This document shows, in pieces, positions 1-11,790 of a stretch of DNA of 64,000 nt. Position 1 is the stretch's first letter, and each line of letters begins with the position of its first letter. The notes below the pieces were generated by a model. It did not search any database. It saw only the letters and a program-made list of their open reading frames with translations, and had not been told where the DNA came from. This DNA is from the human T2T-CHM13v2.0 reference genome, Homo sapiens. The DNA lies in assembly GCF_009914755.1 (NCBI RefSeq), contig NC_060925.1; one strand, 5' to 3'. The translations under genes were made by a program, and so were the position numbers.

Positions 1-189
1 TAAGTACCGAGGAGATGTTGGCTGAGCCCAGGGCAATGGGAAGACATTTGTGATTCCTTCTTGACCTTGAATCTGGTGGGTCTCAGAAGACCTCGAAACT
101 CTCTATCCCCAGAGTAGAAAAAGTCCAAAGACTTCCCAGTTTGATAATGAGCTTTATAGACTATTTGGAGAACCATTTCCCCACTAATG

Positions 190-1020
190 CAATACAATTG
201 TATTAGCTTTAGTTTTCATGTGGTACCTTAGGCCTCTCAACTTGTTCATCCTACATATGTGCTATTATATATGCTTTGACCTGCGTCTCCCATTCTCTCT
301 TCCCTTCTCTACCTGTAGTAACCACTGTTTTATTCTCTGAAAGAACCATCTTAATACAGATTTATTTCATATTTTTAAATATTTCTTTTCTTTCAGATTA
401 TTCTAGTATTTTTTAGGTTTATTCTAATTTTTCATTGTAAATGAAACACAAGCTCATTACATTTTCGGGAATAAAGAAAAATAAAAAATGAATTCCGCAG
501 AACAACCATTAAGAATATTTGAGACTATTCTCTCATAATCTTTCCACACATGTATTTTTATTTTACACAATTGAGATAATACTTCCTACACAAGTTGTAA
601 ACTGTTTTCCTACCCCCAAATTAGCTCAAAACTAAGTCCTCACGTTATTATACAGCACTTACATGCATTATTTTAGTGGCATACTATTCAAGCAAGTGGA
701 TGTGCTATAACTTAGTCTTCTACTGTTGGGCAGGTTGGTTGTTTCTACATGTTTGCCATTACATGCAGTGATGGATTGTGCTTTCTTATTCATGAACCTC
801 TGCCCACATGATGAAATTACCAGACCAGTTTTTGAGGCATTCAGTCCAAACTGCCAGAACAATGCCTGTGGGTTTAGAAAAGCAATAGTAGCTGAGAATA
901 AGAGAAATACTTGTTTCCTTTCACATGCCTTCTCTCATAACTGTAAGTTCCTCTTGATACCTTGCATGGGGTCTTAAATATTGTTGTTACTCATGAAATA
1001 TTTGCTGTATTGTAATACCA
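190..1020 (-). mobile_element. Old L1 (L1M-type) 3' fragments
   Basis: AT-rich sequence with L1M-like antisense phrases (e.g. cttgttcatcctaca...gtaaccactgttttattctctg). Boundaries approximate. Confidence 0.5.
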
Positions 1021-1464
1021 ATTGGAATTATTAGCTAAAGTTGAGAAGAGAAAAACAGAACTGGAGAGAAGAAGGGAAAGACAGGTAGATCAAACATTAG
1101 AGGGAAATACTTTGAACCACATCTGTCCCTCTCTCTGCCCTGCTGCAGTTTTCTGTTTTAAAGTCTCCACTAGGCACTTAGGGAATTGTAGAAACGGTAA
1201 TACATTGAATCCAGGAAAATGAAGTGTGAAGACCCAGAGATGTGCTCAGAACATAAGGTGGAGGGGCCAAGGCAGAGTTGGGCCGCACTAGGCTGGACAG
1301 CGGTCAAGGGCTCTGGGGTTGGCCCATCTCATAGATGAACTCTAGGTGGCGCTGTGGCCACAAAAGTTTTGGGCTGAGGAATTTTGGCAAAGCTGTTAGG
1401 AATCTGTGGGTGGGAGCGAGGAAGGGAGAGAGGTAAAGAAAGAATAGTGGACTGGAGTGAAGGA

Positions 1465-1465
<1 letters not shown>

Positions 1466-1497
<32 letters not shown>
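1466..1497. repeat. (AC)16 microsatellite, followed by a G-run cluster (1504-1529)
   Basis: Read directly. Confidence 0.97.
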
Positions 1498-1499
<2 letters not shown>

Positions 1500-1596
1500 A
1501 GATGGGTGGGGGGGTGGGGGTGGTGGTGGCAGGAATAAGTGAATGGCTCAGACAGTGCTTGGTCCAGAAGAGAGAAAATAAACTGAGGGATCATCA

Positions 1597-2566
1597 AATT
1601 CATTCATTTACTTAATATAAGCATTGATCAAGCCCCATCTTGTGCCTGTCGCTGGGACAGATGGTGGGGATAAAAGGGCGCTTGAGCAGCCACCTCCCTG
1701 AGGTCCTGTGGCTTATGAGAAGTGAGTGTGATGGCCATCCATTAGCCCCCAGTGAATCAGTAGTGGCAGACTTGAGATGGACCCTGAAGAAAGAAAAGGG
1801 GGCCTATGAAGGGCTGTGATGAGGAAGTGACCTGGTTTTGTAGAGAAGGAAGGATTGCAGAGATGGTTGCCCAGTGGAAGGTACTAAAGGTGAGATCTGA
1901 AGGTAGCCAAGACTGAACCGGGGAGAGAGGATTGCCTGCAGGCTTGGCATGTTCTGCTCTGCTCCTTCTTTCATGTAGGAAGCATGTTGGGGCAGTGTCT
2001 GGCCTGCCTTCTAGAGTTTATCCAGAGTTTGTACCCTCTTTGCTCCTATTATTGTAGTTCAGTGGGCATATAGAAGTGATTCTGCAGGAATATGTTTGCT
2101 CTGCTGACCCAAATGCTCACCTGGGTGCATCACCCAAAGGACTTGTGTTGGGATAAGTTTTAGGAAGTATGATTGTGGCCATACATCAAAGCAGCCTTTT
2201 CAATCTATATTCACCAGTACTGAGGCTGATATTTTTATCTCCTCCTATATGATTCACATATCTGTCTCTCTGTTGGTTTTGAATGGAAGAGATGAGTGTG
2301 AATTATTGCCTTAGAGACAGCTAAATGCAGATGTCAGCTAGGTCTGAAACTTGGACAAGAGGTCTCTCTGGACCAGAGAGATAAATGTGAGTCACCAGTG
2401 AGAGATGGGAATGGAGGAGAAGAGAAGAGGTCTTAGGCTGAGCCATGGGGAGCTCCAACATTGAAAGGCTGGGAACAGGAAGATGATCTTACCAAGCGAT
2501 CAAATGAGGGAGAGTAGAAATAAATTCAGGAGGAGGTGTCACTGAAGCCTGTAGAAGAGGGTGTTT
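1597..2566 (-). mobile_element. L2 LINE fragments (host element of the nested insertions; resumes ~5065-5220 and ~7210-7620)
   Basis: ttcattcattt L2 tail and purine-rich L2 antisense body (gagccatggggagctccaacatt...gaagcctgtagaagagggtgtttcc). Confidence 0.55.
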
Positions 2567-4835
2567 CCACATGATTATCTCAATAGGCACAGAATAGGCT
2601 TTCAATAAAATCCAACACCGCTTCATGTTTAAAACACTCAATAAACTAGGTATTGAAGGAACATACCTCAAAATATCAAGAGCCATCTATGACAAACCCA
2701 CAGCCAACATCACACTGAATGGGCAAAAACTGGAAGCATTCCCCTTGAAAACTAGCACAAGACAAGGATGCATTCTCTCACCACTTCTATTCAATATAGT
2801 ATTGGAAGTCTTAACCAGAACAATCAGGCAAGAGAATGAAATAAGGGACATCCAAATAGGAAGAGAAGAAGTCAAACTATCTGTTTGCAGACAATGTAAT
2901 TATATGTGTAGAAAACCCCATGGTCTCAGCCCAACAGCTCCTCCAGCGGATAAACAACTTCAGCAAAGTTGCAGGATACAAAATCAATGTACAAAAATCA
3001 CTAGTATTCCTATATACCAACAATAGCCAAACCGAGAGCCAAATCAGAAAGGCAATCCCATTCACAATTGCCACAAAAAGAATAAAATGCTTAGGGATAC
3101 AGCTAACCAGTGAGGTGAAAGATTTCTACAATGAGAATTACAAAACACTTCTCAAACAAATCAGAGAAGACACAAACAAATGGAAAAACATCCCAGGCTC
3201 ATGGATAGGAAAAACCAATATCATTAAAATGGCTACTGCCCAAAGCAATTTACAGATTCGATGCTATTCGTATCGAATTACCAATGACATTCTTCACAGA
3301 ACTAGAAAAAAAATTTAAAATTCATATAGAACCAAAAAAGAGCCCGAATAGCCAAGGCAATCCTAAGCACAAAGAACAAAGCTGGAGGCATCATGTTACC
3401 CAACTGCAAACTATACTATAAGGCTACAGTAACCCAAACAGCATGGTAGGGATACAAAAACAGACAGATAGACCAATGGGACAGAATAGAGAGCCCAGAA
3501 ATAAGGCCACACATCTATGACCATCTGATCTTCTACAAAGCTGAAAATAACAAGCAATGGAGAAAAGACTCTCTATTCAATAAATGGTACTGAGATAACT
3601 GGCTAGCCATATGCAGAAGATTGAAACTGGAACCCTTCCTTATACCTTATACAAAAATCAACTCAAGATGGATTAAAGGCTTAAATGTAAAACCCCAAAC
3701 TATAAAAAACCTGTAAGACAACTTAGGCAATACCATCCTGGACATAGGAGCAGGCAAAGATTTTATGACAAAGACATCAAAAGCAATCACAACTAAAGCA
3801 AAAATTGACAAGTGGGATCTAATTAAACTTAAGACCTCCTGCACAGCAAAAGGAAACTATCAACAGAGTAAACAGACTACTTACAGAATGGGAGAAAACA
3901 TTTGCAAACTATGCATCTGACCAAGGTCTAATATCCAGCATCTATAAGGAACTTAAACAAATTTTCAAGAGAAAAAAAAACCCATTAAAAAGTGGGCAAA
4001 AGACATGAACAGACACTTTTCAAAAGAAGACATACATGTGACCAACAAGCATATGAAAAAAAGTACAATATCACTGATCATTAGAGAAAAGCAAATCAAA
4101 ACTACAATGAGATACCATCTCACACCAGTCAGAATGGCTATTACTATTTAAAGTAAAAAAAAAAAACAACAGATACTGGGGAGATTGTGGAGAAAAGGGA
4201 ACACTTATACACTGTTGGTGGGAGTATAAATTAGTTCAACCATTGTGGAAAGCAGTATGATGATTCCTCAAAGAGCTAAAAGCAGAACTACCATTTGACC
4301 TAGCAATTCCATTACTGGGTATATACCCAGAGGAATATAAATCATTCTACCATAAAGATACATGCACATGAGTGTTCATTGCAGCAGTATTCACAATAGC
4401 AAAGATATGGAATCAACATAAATGCCCATCAATGGCACAAGATAAAGAAAACATGGTACATATACACCATGGAATACTATGCAGCCATAAAAAAGAATGA
4501 GATTATGTATTTTGCATGAACATGGATGGAGCTGGAGGCTATTATCCTTAGCAAACTAACTCAGGAACAGAATATCAAATACCACATGGTGTCACTTATA
4601 AGTGGGAGCTAAGTTATAAGAACCCGTGGACACAAAGAAGGAAACGATAGACACTGGGGTCTACTTGATGGTGGAGGCTGGAAGGAGGGAGAGGAGCAGG
4701 AAAGGTCACTATTGGGTACTGGTCTTAATACCTGGGTAATGAAATAATATGTAAAAACAGACCCCTGTGACGTGTGTTTACCTGTGTAACAAACCTTCAC
4801 ATGTACCCCCAAACCTAAAATAAAAGTTAAAAAAA
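2567..4835 (+). mobile_element. 5'-truncated LINE-1 (older primate L1PA-type), degenerate 3' part of ORF2 plus 3' UTR and A-rich tail
   Basis: ORF fragments 2625-3026 and 2920-3318 match L1 ORF2p RT ([50 protein letters not shown]). Frameshifts and stops are present, and the FADD motif reads FADN. Ends aacctaaaataaaagttaaaaaaa. Confidence 0.96.
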
Positions 4836-5581
4836 TTCCCATTAACCGATGGGAGCACTTTGGTTTATAAGAAAAGGCACTTGGAGCTTAGGAGAAAAAC
4901 TAGCATGGTATATGAGCTTTCCCTTACTGCCTCCCTCATACCTTGTAAATTGTCACAGAAGTCTCCCTCACTAGATTCAGTTTTAGAACAGGAACATAGT
5001 TTATTTTTGTTAAATCAATCAAATACATTTACCAAATACTGCTTAACAAAAAAAAAGAAGGTGTCTGTTAGGTTAAGAGAAAGGGAGGCCGTTGGTGACC
5101 TTAGCAAGCCATGTTTGGGAGAGTGATGGGGGTCGTATAAGCTGGATTGCAGTGGGGAAGAGAATGGGAGATGAAACAGAGGTAGCTAGTGTAGACAATT
5201 CTTTTGAGGAGTTTGTGTGAGGTGTAGGAGTAGGCACCTGTCATTCTTTTTGGTTGCCCAGTAACTGCATCATCTCCCTATTTTTGGAGAATTCTCTACC
5301 TATGAATCTTGCTGAGAAACAGAGCCTGTCTCACATTACACATGAGGAAGGTACCAGATAAATACAGTACCTGTCTTCCCAGCTGGCCTGGAGTGGGGAT
5401 GAACATAGGACAAGGCTTATGTATCAGAAGTGTTATCCCAGACTCAAAATCAGGAACAAGTAATGCACAAGAGGAATGTGTTCTGAGAGCACTGCTGGCT
5501 GTAAAATGATGAGTTCCTGGGATAGCAGAGCTAGCTACAGTGGTGTAAGCAGGGCTCACCATGGCACCAACAGAAAGGGAA

Positions 5582-6514
5582 GCGGTGGTAGTGGTAGTGG
5601 TGATGGTGTTAGTGGTGGTGATGGTGGTGGTGGCAGTGGTGGTGATGGTGGTGGCGGTGGCAATGGTAGGGGCAGTGGCGATGGCAGGGAGGTGGCAGTG
5701 ATGGTGATGGTGATGGTGATGGAGGTGATGGTGATGGCCATGTTGGTGGAAGTGATGGTGGTGGTAGTGATGGTGGTGATGGTGATGGTGGTGGTCATGT
5801 TGGTAGTGATGGTGTTGGTGATGGAGGTAATGGTGGTGGTCATGTTGGTGGAAGTGGTGGTGGTGGTAGTGATGGTGATGGTGATGGAGGTGGTGGTGGT
5901 GGAAGTGGTGATGGTGGTGGTGATGGTGATGGTGGTGGCAGTGATAATAGTGATGGTGATGGTGGTGGTGGTGGTGGCAATGGCAGGAGTTGTAATGGTG
6001 ATGGTGATGGAGATGATGGTGGTGGTTGTGGTGGTGGAAGTGGTGGTGGTGGTAGTGATGGTGGTGGTGGTGATAATGGTGACGGAGGTGATGGTGGTGG
6101 TGGTGGTGGTGGTAGAAGTGGTGGTGGTGGTAGTGATGGTGGTGGTGGTGATAATGGTGACGGAGGTGATGGTGGCGGTGGTGGTGGTAGAAGTGGTGGT
6201 GGTGGTAGTGATGGTGGTGGTGGTGATAATGGTGATGGAGGTGATGGTGGTGGTGGTGGTGGAAGTGGTGGTGGTGGTGGTGGTGATGGTGATGGTGGTG
6301 GCAGTGGTGATAGCGGGAGTTGTGTTGGTGATGGTGGTGGTGGTGGTGGTGGTGATGGTGGTGGTGGTGATGGTGATGGAGGTGGTGATGGTGGTGGCAG
6401 TGATTATGGTGATATTGGTGGTGGTGGCCATGACGGGGGTGGTGGCAGTGATGGTGATGGTGATGGAGGTGATGGTGGTGGTCGTGTTGGTGGAAGTGGT
6501 GGTGGTGATGGTGG
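5582..6514. repeat. Degenerate (GGT/GAT)n trinucleotide array, ~930 bp, with 75-78-bp higher-order units
   Basis: Read directly. The GATAAT landmark recurs at 6072, 6150 and 6225. Confidence 0.97.
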
Positions 6515-6594
6515 TTTTAGAAGCAGACCCAAACTGGTTTCTCCAGCCTCCTGGCAATTCTGTAAGCCAACCAAGTATGTGCGCACCTGTTAAT

Positions 6595-6630
6595 TATGTA
6601 TGTATGTATGTATGTATGTATGTATGTATG
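6595..6630. repeat. (TATG)9 microsatellite at the tail of an antisense L1M
   Basis: Read directly. Confidence 0.95.
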
Positions 6631-6632
6631 TA

Positions 6633-7135
6633 TAGCTTTAAAAGTACACTTTATTGAGGTACAAGTCAATGAATTTTGAAAAATGTGTACCCCTATGTGA
6701 TCACTTTTGTAATCAAGATATGGAGCACTTCCATCACCCCAAAAAGTTGCCTTGTGCCCTTTTGCAGTTCATTTCCCACCGACTTCTGGTCCAAGGGAAC
6801 TGCTTATTGGTTTCTATATCTATAGTTTTTCCTGTTCTAGAGTTTTATACAAATTCAATCAATATTGTTGTATCTGACTTCTTTCCCTCAGCTTAATGTT
6901 CTCGAGAGTCATCCATGTAGGTGTGTGCCTACCTACAGTAAACATGTTTATCTACAGTGGTTAATGCTTTCTTGGTGCTGGATCATATTCTGCACTATTT
7001 AATATACTGCATGTGCTTATCCACTCACCTGTTGGTGAATATTAAAGCCATATCCAGTTTTTGGCTACGATGAATAAGGCTGCAATGAACATTTGTGTAC
7101 AGGTCTTTTTGTGGACATATGTTTCAATATCCTTT
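6633..7135 (-). mobile_element. L1M (L1ME/MD-like) 3' fragment
   Basis: ctttattgaggtac...gagcacttccatcaccccaaaaagtt...gctgcaatgaacatttgtgtacaggtctttttgtggacatatgttt, typical old L1 3' region in antisense. Confidence 0.75.
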
Positions 7136-8219
7136 TAATCAGTTCCATTTTTGCTTAAATCAGCAAGTGTTGGCTCCTGTTACTTGTAGCTAAGAGATCT
7201 GACTGCAATAGAATGAGAGGAGGGAAATTAGCTGGCAGCTGGAAGGGGATGTTAGGTCACAGAGAGGATTTTATTTTTAAGGTGTAAAAGACTTAAGCAT
7301 GTTTAAATATTGATGCTCATAATCTGGTTGAGAGGGAGCTGTTGAGAAGAGAAAATTGATCTTGTGAACCCCTGCAAAGGTGGGAGGGGAAGAGTTCCAA
7401 AGCCGAGGTGGCAGAAATGTCTTTGAAGGGGAGCAGAAGCAGGGCCTCAAGTGGAGCAAAGGGGAATGAGGAGAGGACAGGAAGGTGGGTATGGAGGGAG
7501 GGTAGCAGGAAGTTGAGGAAGCTCTCATCTAAGGTCTTCAACTTTTACTGGGAAGTAGCAGGCAAGATTACATACTGAGACTGAGGGAGGAGATGGGTGT
7601 CAGAGGTCTGGGGATGGGGCAGCTATGCAATGGTCATTACAAGGAGCTCAAGAGGGAAGTGATTGTGGAAATAAAGCAGCAATGCCAGGCAGCCTTGAAA
7701 GCCCAGCTGAGGCTGGTGACTATAACATAGAGTGATACCAACAGCTCCACTGTTGATGTTCCAGCATAGCTGAGGTCCTTGGAGACAAGCCTGGGGAAGG
7801 GGGTGAGGGAATGGGAGATTTTTCCAAGAGTTAGGGGCCTGTACTGAAGATCCCTGCCCTACCCCAGGATCTAGCACAGCACCCTGAGTTGTATTCTGTT
7901 CTAACATTAGTATTTGTTAAATGGATGAATGAGTTTAGAGGGCACGAAGAATGAGAGCTTAGCATTGGACTGGTAACCCCTCCTGGTCATATAGAGAGAA
8001 ACCCTGATATACAGAGAGGGGAAAGGACTTGGCCAAGGTCACATGGCAAGCCCATGGCAGGGATGGGATTTACCTTTGGGTCTGTCTGATCTCAAGTCCA
8101 GGGCTCTTTTTATGATTGAATGGACAAAGAGGTCTGTGTTCAAATCCTGTCTCCACCAGTGGCTTGCCATAAGACTTCAGGCAAGTCACTTAAATGCTGG
8201 AAAGCATTATTCACTCCAT

Positions 8220-8370
8220 TTTGTTGTTGTTGTTGCTTTTTAAAATTTTTTAAAATTTTACTTTAAGTTCTGGGCTACATGTGCAGGTTTGTTGCATAGG
8301 TATACATGTGCCATGGTGGTTTGTTGCACCCATCAACCCGTCATCTAGGTTTTAAGTCCCACATGCATCA
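8220..8370 (-). mobile_element. Short L1PA 3'-end fragment inserted in a MIR
   Basis: tactttaagttctgggctacatgtgcaggtttgttgcataggtatacatgtgccatggtggtttg is an L1PA 3' end in antisense. Flanks actccatttt / actgcatttt resemble a TSD. Confidence 0.85.
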
Positions 8371-8494
8371 GACTGCATTTTATAGATGTGGATACTGAGT
8401 CTCAGAGACATTGAACAGGAAGCCCTGACTATGTCACTGGAAACAGGTGGAGCAAGATTTCATGCATTCCTTTGTTTAGTCAATATTTATTGGT

Positions 8495-8978
8495 TGCTGG
8501 GGTAGATTAAATTTTGGGTCCCAATTCTTCATTCCATTGTAATAGGATTACACACCCACACTCTTTACCATGTACTTTTGCACTGAGAAAAGTAATTCCT
8601 CCTTCCATTGATGTTGGCTTAGCCATATGACTTGATTTGGTCGGTGGTAAATTAGTGGATGAAACACAGCAGAGGATGTAAAGGAGCTGGTGTTTTGGTG
8701 ATTTCCATAAGAAGAGCGTGCTCTAGAAAGCCACCGCCCCTTCAGCCTGCCCCAGAATGAACACACACGGGCTAGACTTAAGCTCAGCTGCATCCTGGAG
8801 CCCATCCAGCTGCTCTTCAGTGTGGACATCATCACCCAACTGAACCCGGATTAGAACAGTCACACTGAAGCTGGCCTGCAGTCAGCTCCTGAGCAGGAGA
8901 ACAAATGTCTGCTATTGTAAGCCATTCAGCTGGGTGGTTTGTTATGCAGTATTGTTGCAGCAGTTATTGACTGATACA
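8495..8978 (+). mobile_element. MLT1-family solo LTR
   Basis: Ends tattgtaagccattcagctgggtggtttgttatgcagtattgttgcagcagttattgactgataca, a typical MLT1 3' terminus. Confidence 0.7.
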
Positions 8979-10260
8979 GGACCAGGTCCCATGCTAAGTG
9001 TAGACTTGGCTTACAGAGATGAATCAGATACTGTCTCTATTCTCAGGAGTTCACAGTTCAGTGGAGGTGGGGATTTTTTTTTTAACAAATTCTTATTTCT
9101 AAAATTCATATCTAAATCTAAGAGGCAAATGCAAATTTGTTCAATGCTTCTTTTAAGGGCAGCCTTAGATTATCCTTGGAAGATGAAACTGACAAATAAA
9201 GAAACACTTAATAATTTCTGCAGTTTACAAACATCAGAATTTATTTTGGGATAACAAGAGATGGGTGAGCTGGGAAGCTGCCTTTACTGAATGATGTCAT
9301 CAAACAGTATATTTGATGAGTCCAAAGACAAACGTCTTTGGCAACAATTTTAATGAATGAGATTAACTTGATACTTTATCCTAGAGTTGTATAAAAACAA
9401 GGATGTTAATGATTTGACCATTTTATTACTTTTTTCCCCCAATGTATAATATCATGTCTTTGCATGTTAGTTTGCAAAGTGCTTGAAGCAATTTTCAACC
9501 AAACGCGAGTGTTTGGTGAGGGTTGAATCTGCTGGACAAATCCATGGCTGTGTGAGCACCTGCACTCAGGCCACTGTGTGGTCCTGTCAGGGACTTAGTT
9601 TCCTCATCTGTAAAGGGGATAATACCACACTGTCTAGGGTCACTGGGGAGATTCACAGAGGTGATCTGAATGTAGCACACAGCACCGGCACAGTCCCACC
9701 TCCCCTACACCCACCTCCCATCTCTTCCGTGTGGGACGAGCTTCCCTGCTCTCTGGCTCCATCAATAGCTTGTAAGTCAGTTTCCCTCTCCAAGCCTCAG
9801 TTCTCCATCTGTAAACCCACCAACACCACATTGATTTATGGCTCCCTAGACTGCAAAGTCCTTGAGAGCCAGGCCTGTGTTTGACTCACACGCACAGCAT
9901 CCCTAGGATGTGCCCAGGGCTGAGTGTATGATGGGCTGAGTCAAGGCTACTTTTCATGAATATTATTATTGTTTTGGTAGAGGTTTCTGTCACTACAACC
10001 CAGAGTAACACCCTTAGTAGGGCAAGGGTATAACATCCATGGTTTGGAAAGCTTGCTGTTAACTGGTGGCCCACTCATATGGACCAGAAAGAAAGTTCTT
10101 TACTTCAGCCTTCAGTCATATCCTGAAGAGCATGTGTTATTTCTCTGTGGGTCCTCATGGTCCAGGCAGGGATTGACACATTGCATACATCTGAGATCTG
10201 GCCAATGGGTCAGGCCCCTGAATTGAGGTTTGAAACCAGCCTCAAATTTTCCTATAATTA

Positions 10261-10292
10261 TTTTATTTATTTATTTAGTCTATCTATCTATC

Positions 10293-10335
<43 letters not shown>

Positions 10336-10640
10336 ATCTCTCTATCAATCAGTCAATTATAGGGTCTCACTCTGTTGCCCAGGCTGAAGTACACTGGTGT
10401 GATCACGGCTCACTGCAGCCTCAACCTCCTAGGCTCAAGCAATCCTCCCAGCTTACCCTCCCGAGTATCTGGGACTACAGGCACACATTAGCAACACCTG
10501 GTTAATTTTTTATTTTTTTTGTAGAGACAGGGTCTTCCCATGTTGCCCAGGCTGGTCTTGAACTCCTGGGCCTGAGCTATCCTCCTGCCATGACCTCCCA
10601 AATTGCTAGGATTACAGGCACGAGCCACCATGCCCAGCCT
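10261..10640 (-). mobile_element. AluJ-type SINE with a 17-bp TSD
   Basis: Alu body 10361-10639 with J-type diagnostics (cacggctcactgcagcctcaacctcctaggctcaagcaatcc). TSD aaattttcctataatta (10244-10260) / aaatttacctataatta (10641-10657). Confidence 0.95.
10279..10356. repeat. Compound (TCTA)3 TCA (TCTA)10 tetranucleotide STR in the Alu tail
   Basis: Read directly. Confidence 0.95.
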
Positions 10641-10714
10641 AAATTTACCTATAATTATACACATTTCATAAAAATACGTAACCCTAATTTCATCACAAAC
10701 AAAACTTTTCAACA

Positions 10715-11790
10715 CTCATAGCACAAATATTTTTTTGAGAGCTGGCTCTGGGCCAGAGAGTGGAGGCACAGCAGTGGAGATGCAGAAAAGGTGTGAGCCA
10801 CAGGCAGCTCCTGTTCTAGTGGTGGCGGTGAATGCTGACCTCAGGCACAGAGAAATCTGCAGTATGATGTCAGGTGGTGACTGGTGATACAACGAAAACT
10901 AATACAGGAAAAAGGATAGAGAAAGTCTTGGGGGCAATATTTTATATGAAATGACCAGGGAGGGCCTCTTTGAGAAGGTGACGTTTAAGCAGAGATATCA
11001 GAGGAAGTCAAGAAATGTCTAGGGAAGAAAGTTCTGGGCAGAAGGAACAAGTGCAAAGCCCTAACACCGGAAGATGCTAGGGATGTTTAGGAGTGACAAG
11101 GGGACCACTGTGGTTGGCATAGAATAAGCAAGGAGAAGGGGGTAGGGAATAATGTTGGGGGTAGGGAATAATGTCAGAGGAAACTGGATCCTGGCAGGCC
11201 ATGGAAAGCAATGGTGATTTCATTCTAAGTCTGATGGGAAAGCAAGGGGGGCTCTGAGCAGGGGAATGCCATGATCTGACTTACATTTTAAAGGGTTTGT
11301 GACCTTGTCGAGTGTAGACTGGAGTTGGTGGCCACAGTGGCAACGAGGAAACCTGCTGGGAGGCTGGAGAGATGAGGGTGGCTTGCTCAGGGTAGAAGCA
11401 GTGGGGGATGAATGTGGCCCGTTTCTGGATGTGTTCTGATAGTAGAAGCAAGAGGATGGAAAGGATGTAGGGGATGAGAGGGGAGAGTGATCAGGGTTGA
11501 CTCCACCATGTCTTGTCTAAGAGACCAAGTAGACAGTGGCACTATTTACTGAGGTGGGTGCTGGAGATCTGGGGGAAGACGTCACAAGTTTGGTTTTGAA
11601 TATGCTGCCTGGGAGATGCTTTCTGACCTCCAAGTGCAGAGGTCTCAGTGGCAGCTGAGTGTCAGGGGAGAGGTGGTCTGGAGTGTAAGTTTGGGATTCA
11701 GCAGAGTATTTAGAACCATGAAATGGGCTAAGGTCACCGGGGGAGTGAGTGTGGACAGAGAAAAGGACTTAGACCAAGGGAGCCATTAAA
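10715..11790 (-). mobile_element. L2 LINE fragment
   Basis: caaatattttttgag tail. Body phrases gagggcctctttgagaaggtgacgtttaagcagaga and gccatgatctgacttacattttaaa. Confidence 0.75.

Larger units (their letters stand above)
5228..7210 (+). mobile_element. MLT1-type (ERVL-MaLR) LTR split by the GGT array and an L1M fragment
   Basis: MLT1-like 3' end (ccatttttgcttaaatcagcaagtgttggctcctgttacttgtagc...gactgcaata) at ~7140-7210. LTR-like sequence at 5228-5580 and 6515-6580. Confidence 0.45.

Noticed and set aside
2625-3318. Reverse-transcriptase-like ORFs
   Set aside because: Fragments of a dead, 5'-truncated L1 ORF2 with frameshifts and a mutated catalytic motif. Not a novel RT system.
5476-6657. 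393-aa Val/Met-rich ORF (+) and 333-aa Thr-rich mucin-like ORF (-)
   Set aside because: Both are translations of the (GGT/GAT)n array, which lacks stops in these frames. There is no signal peptide, splice structure or non-repetitive domain.
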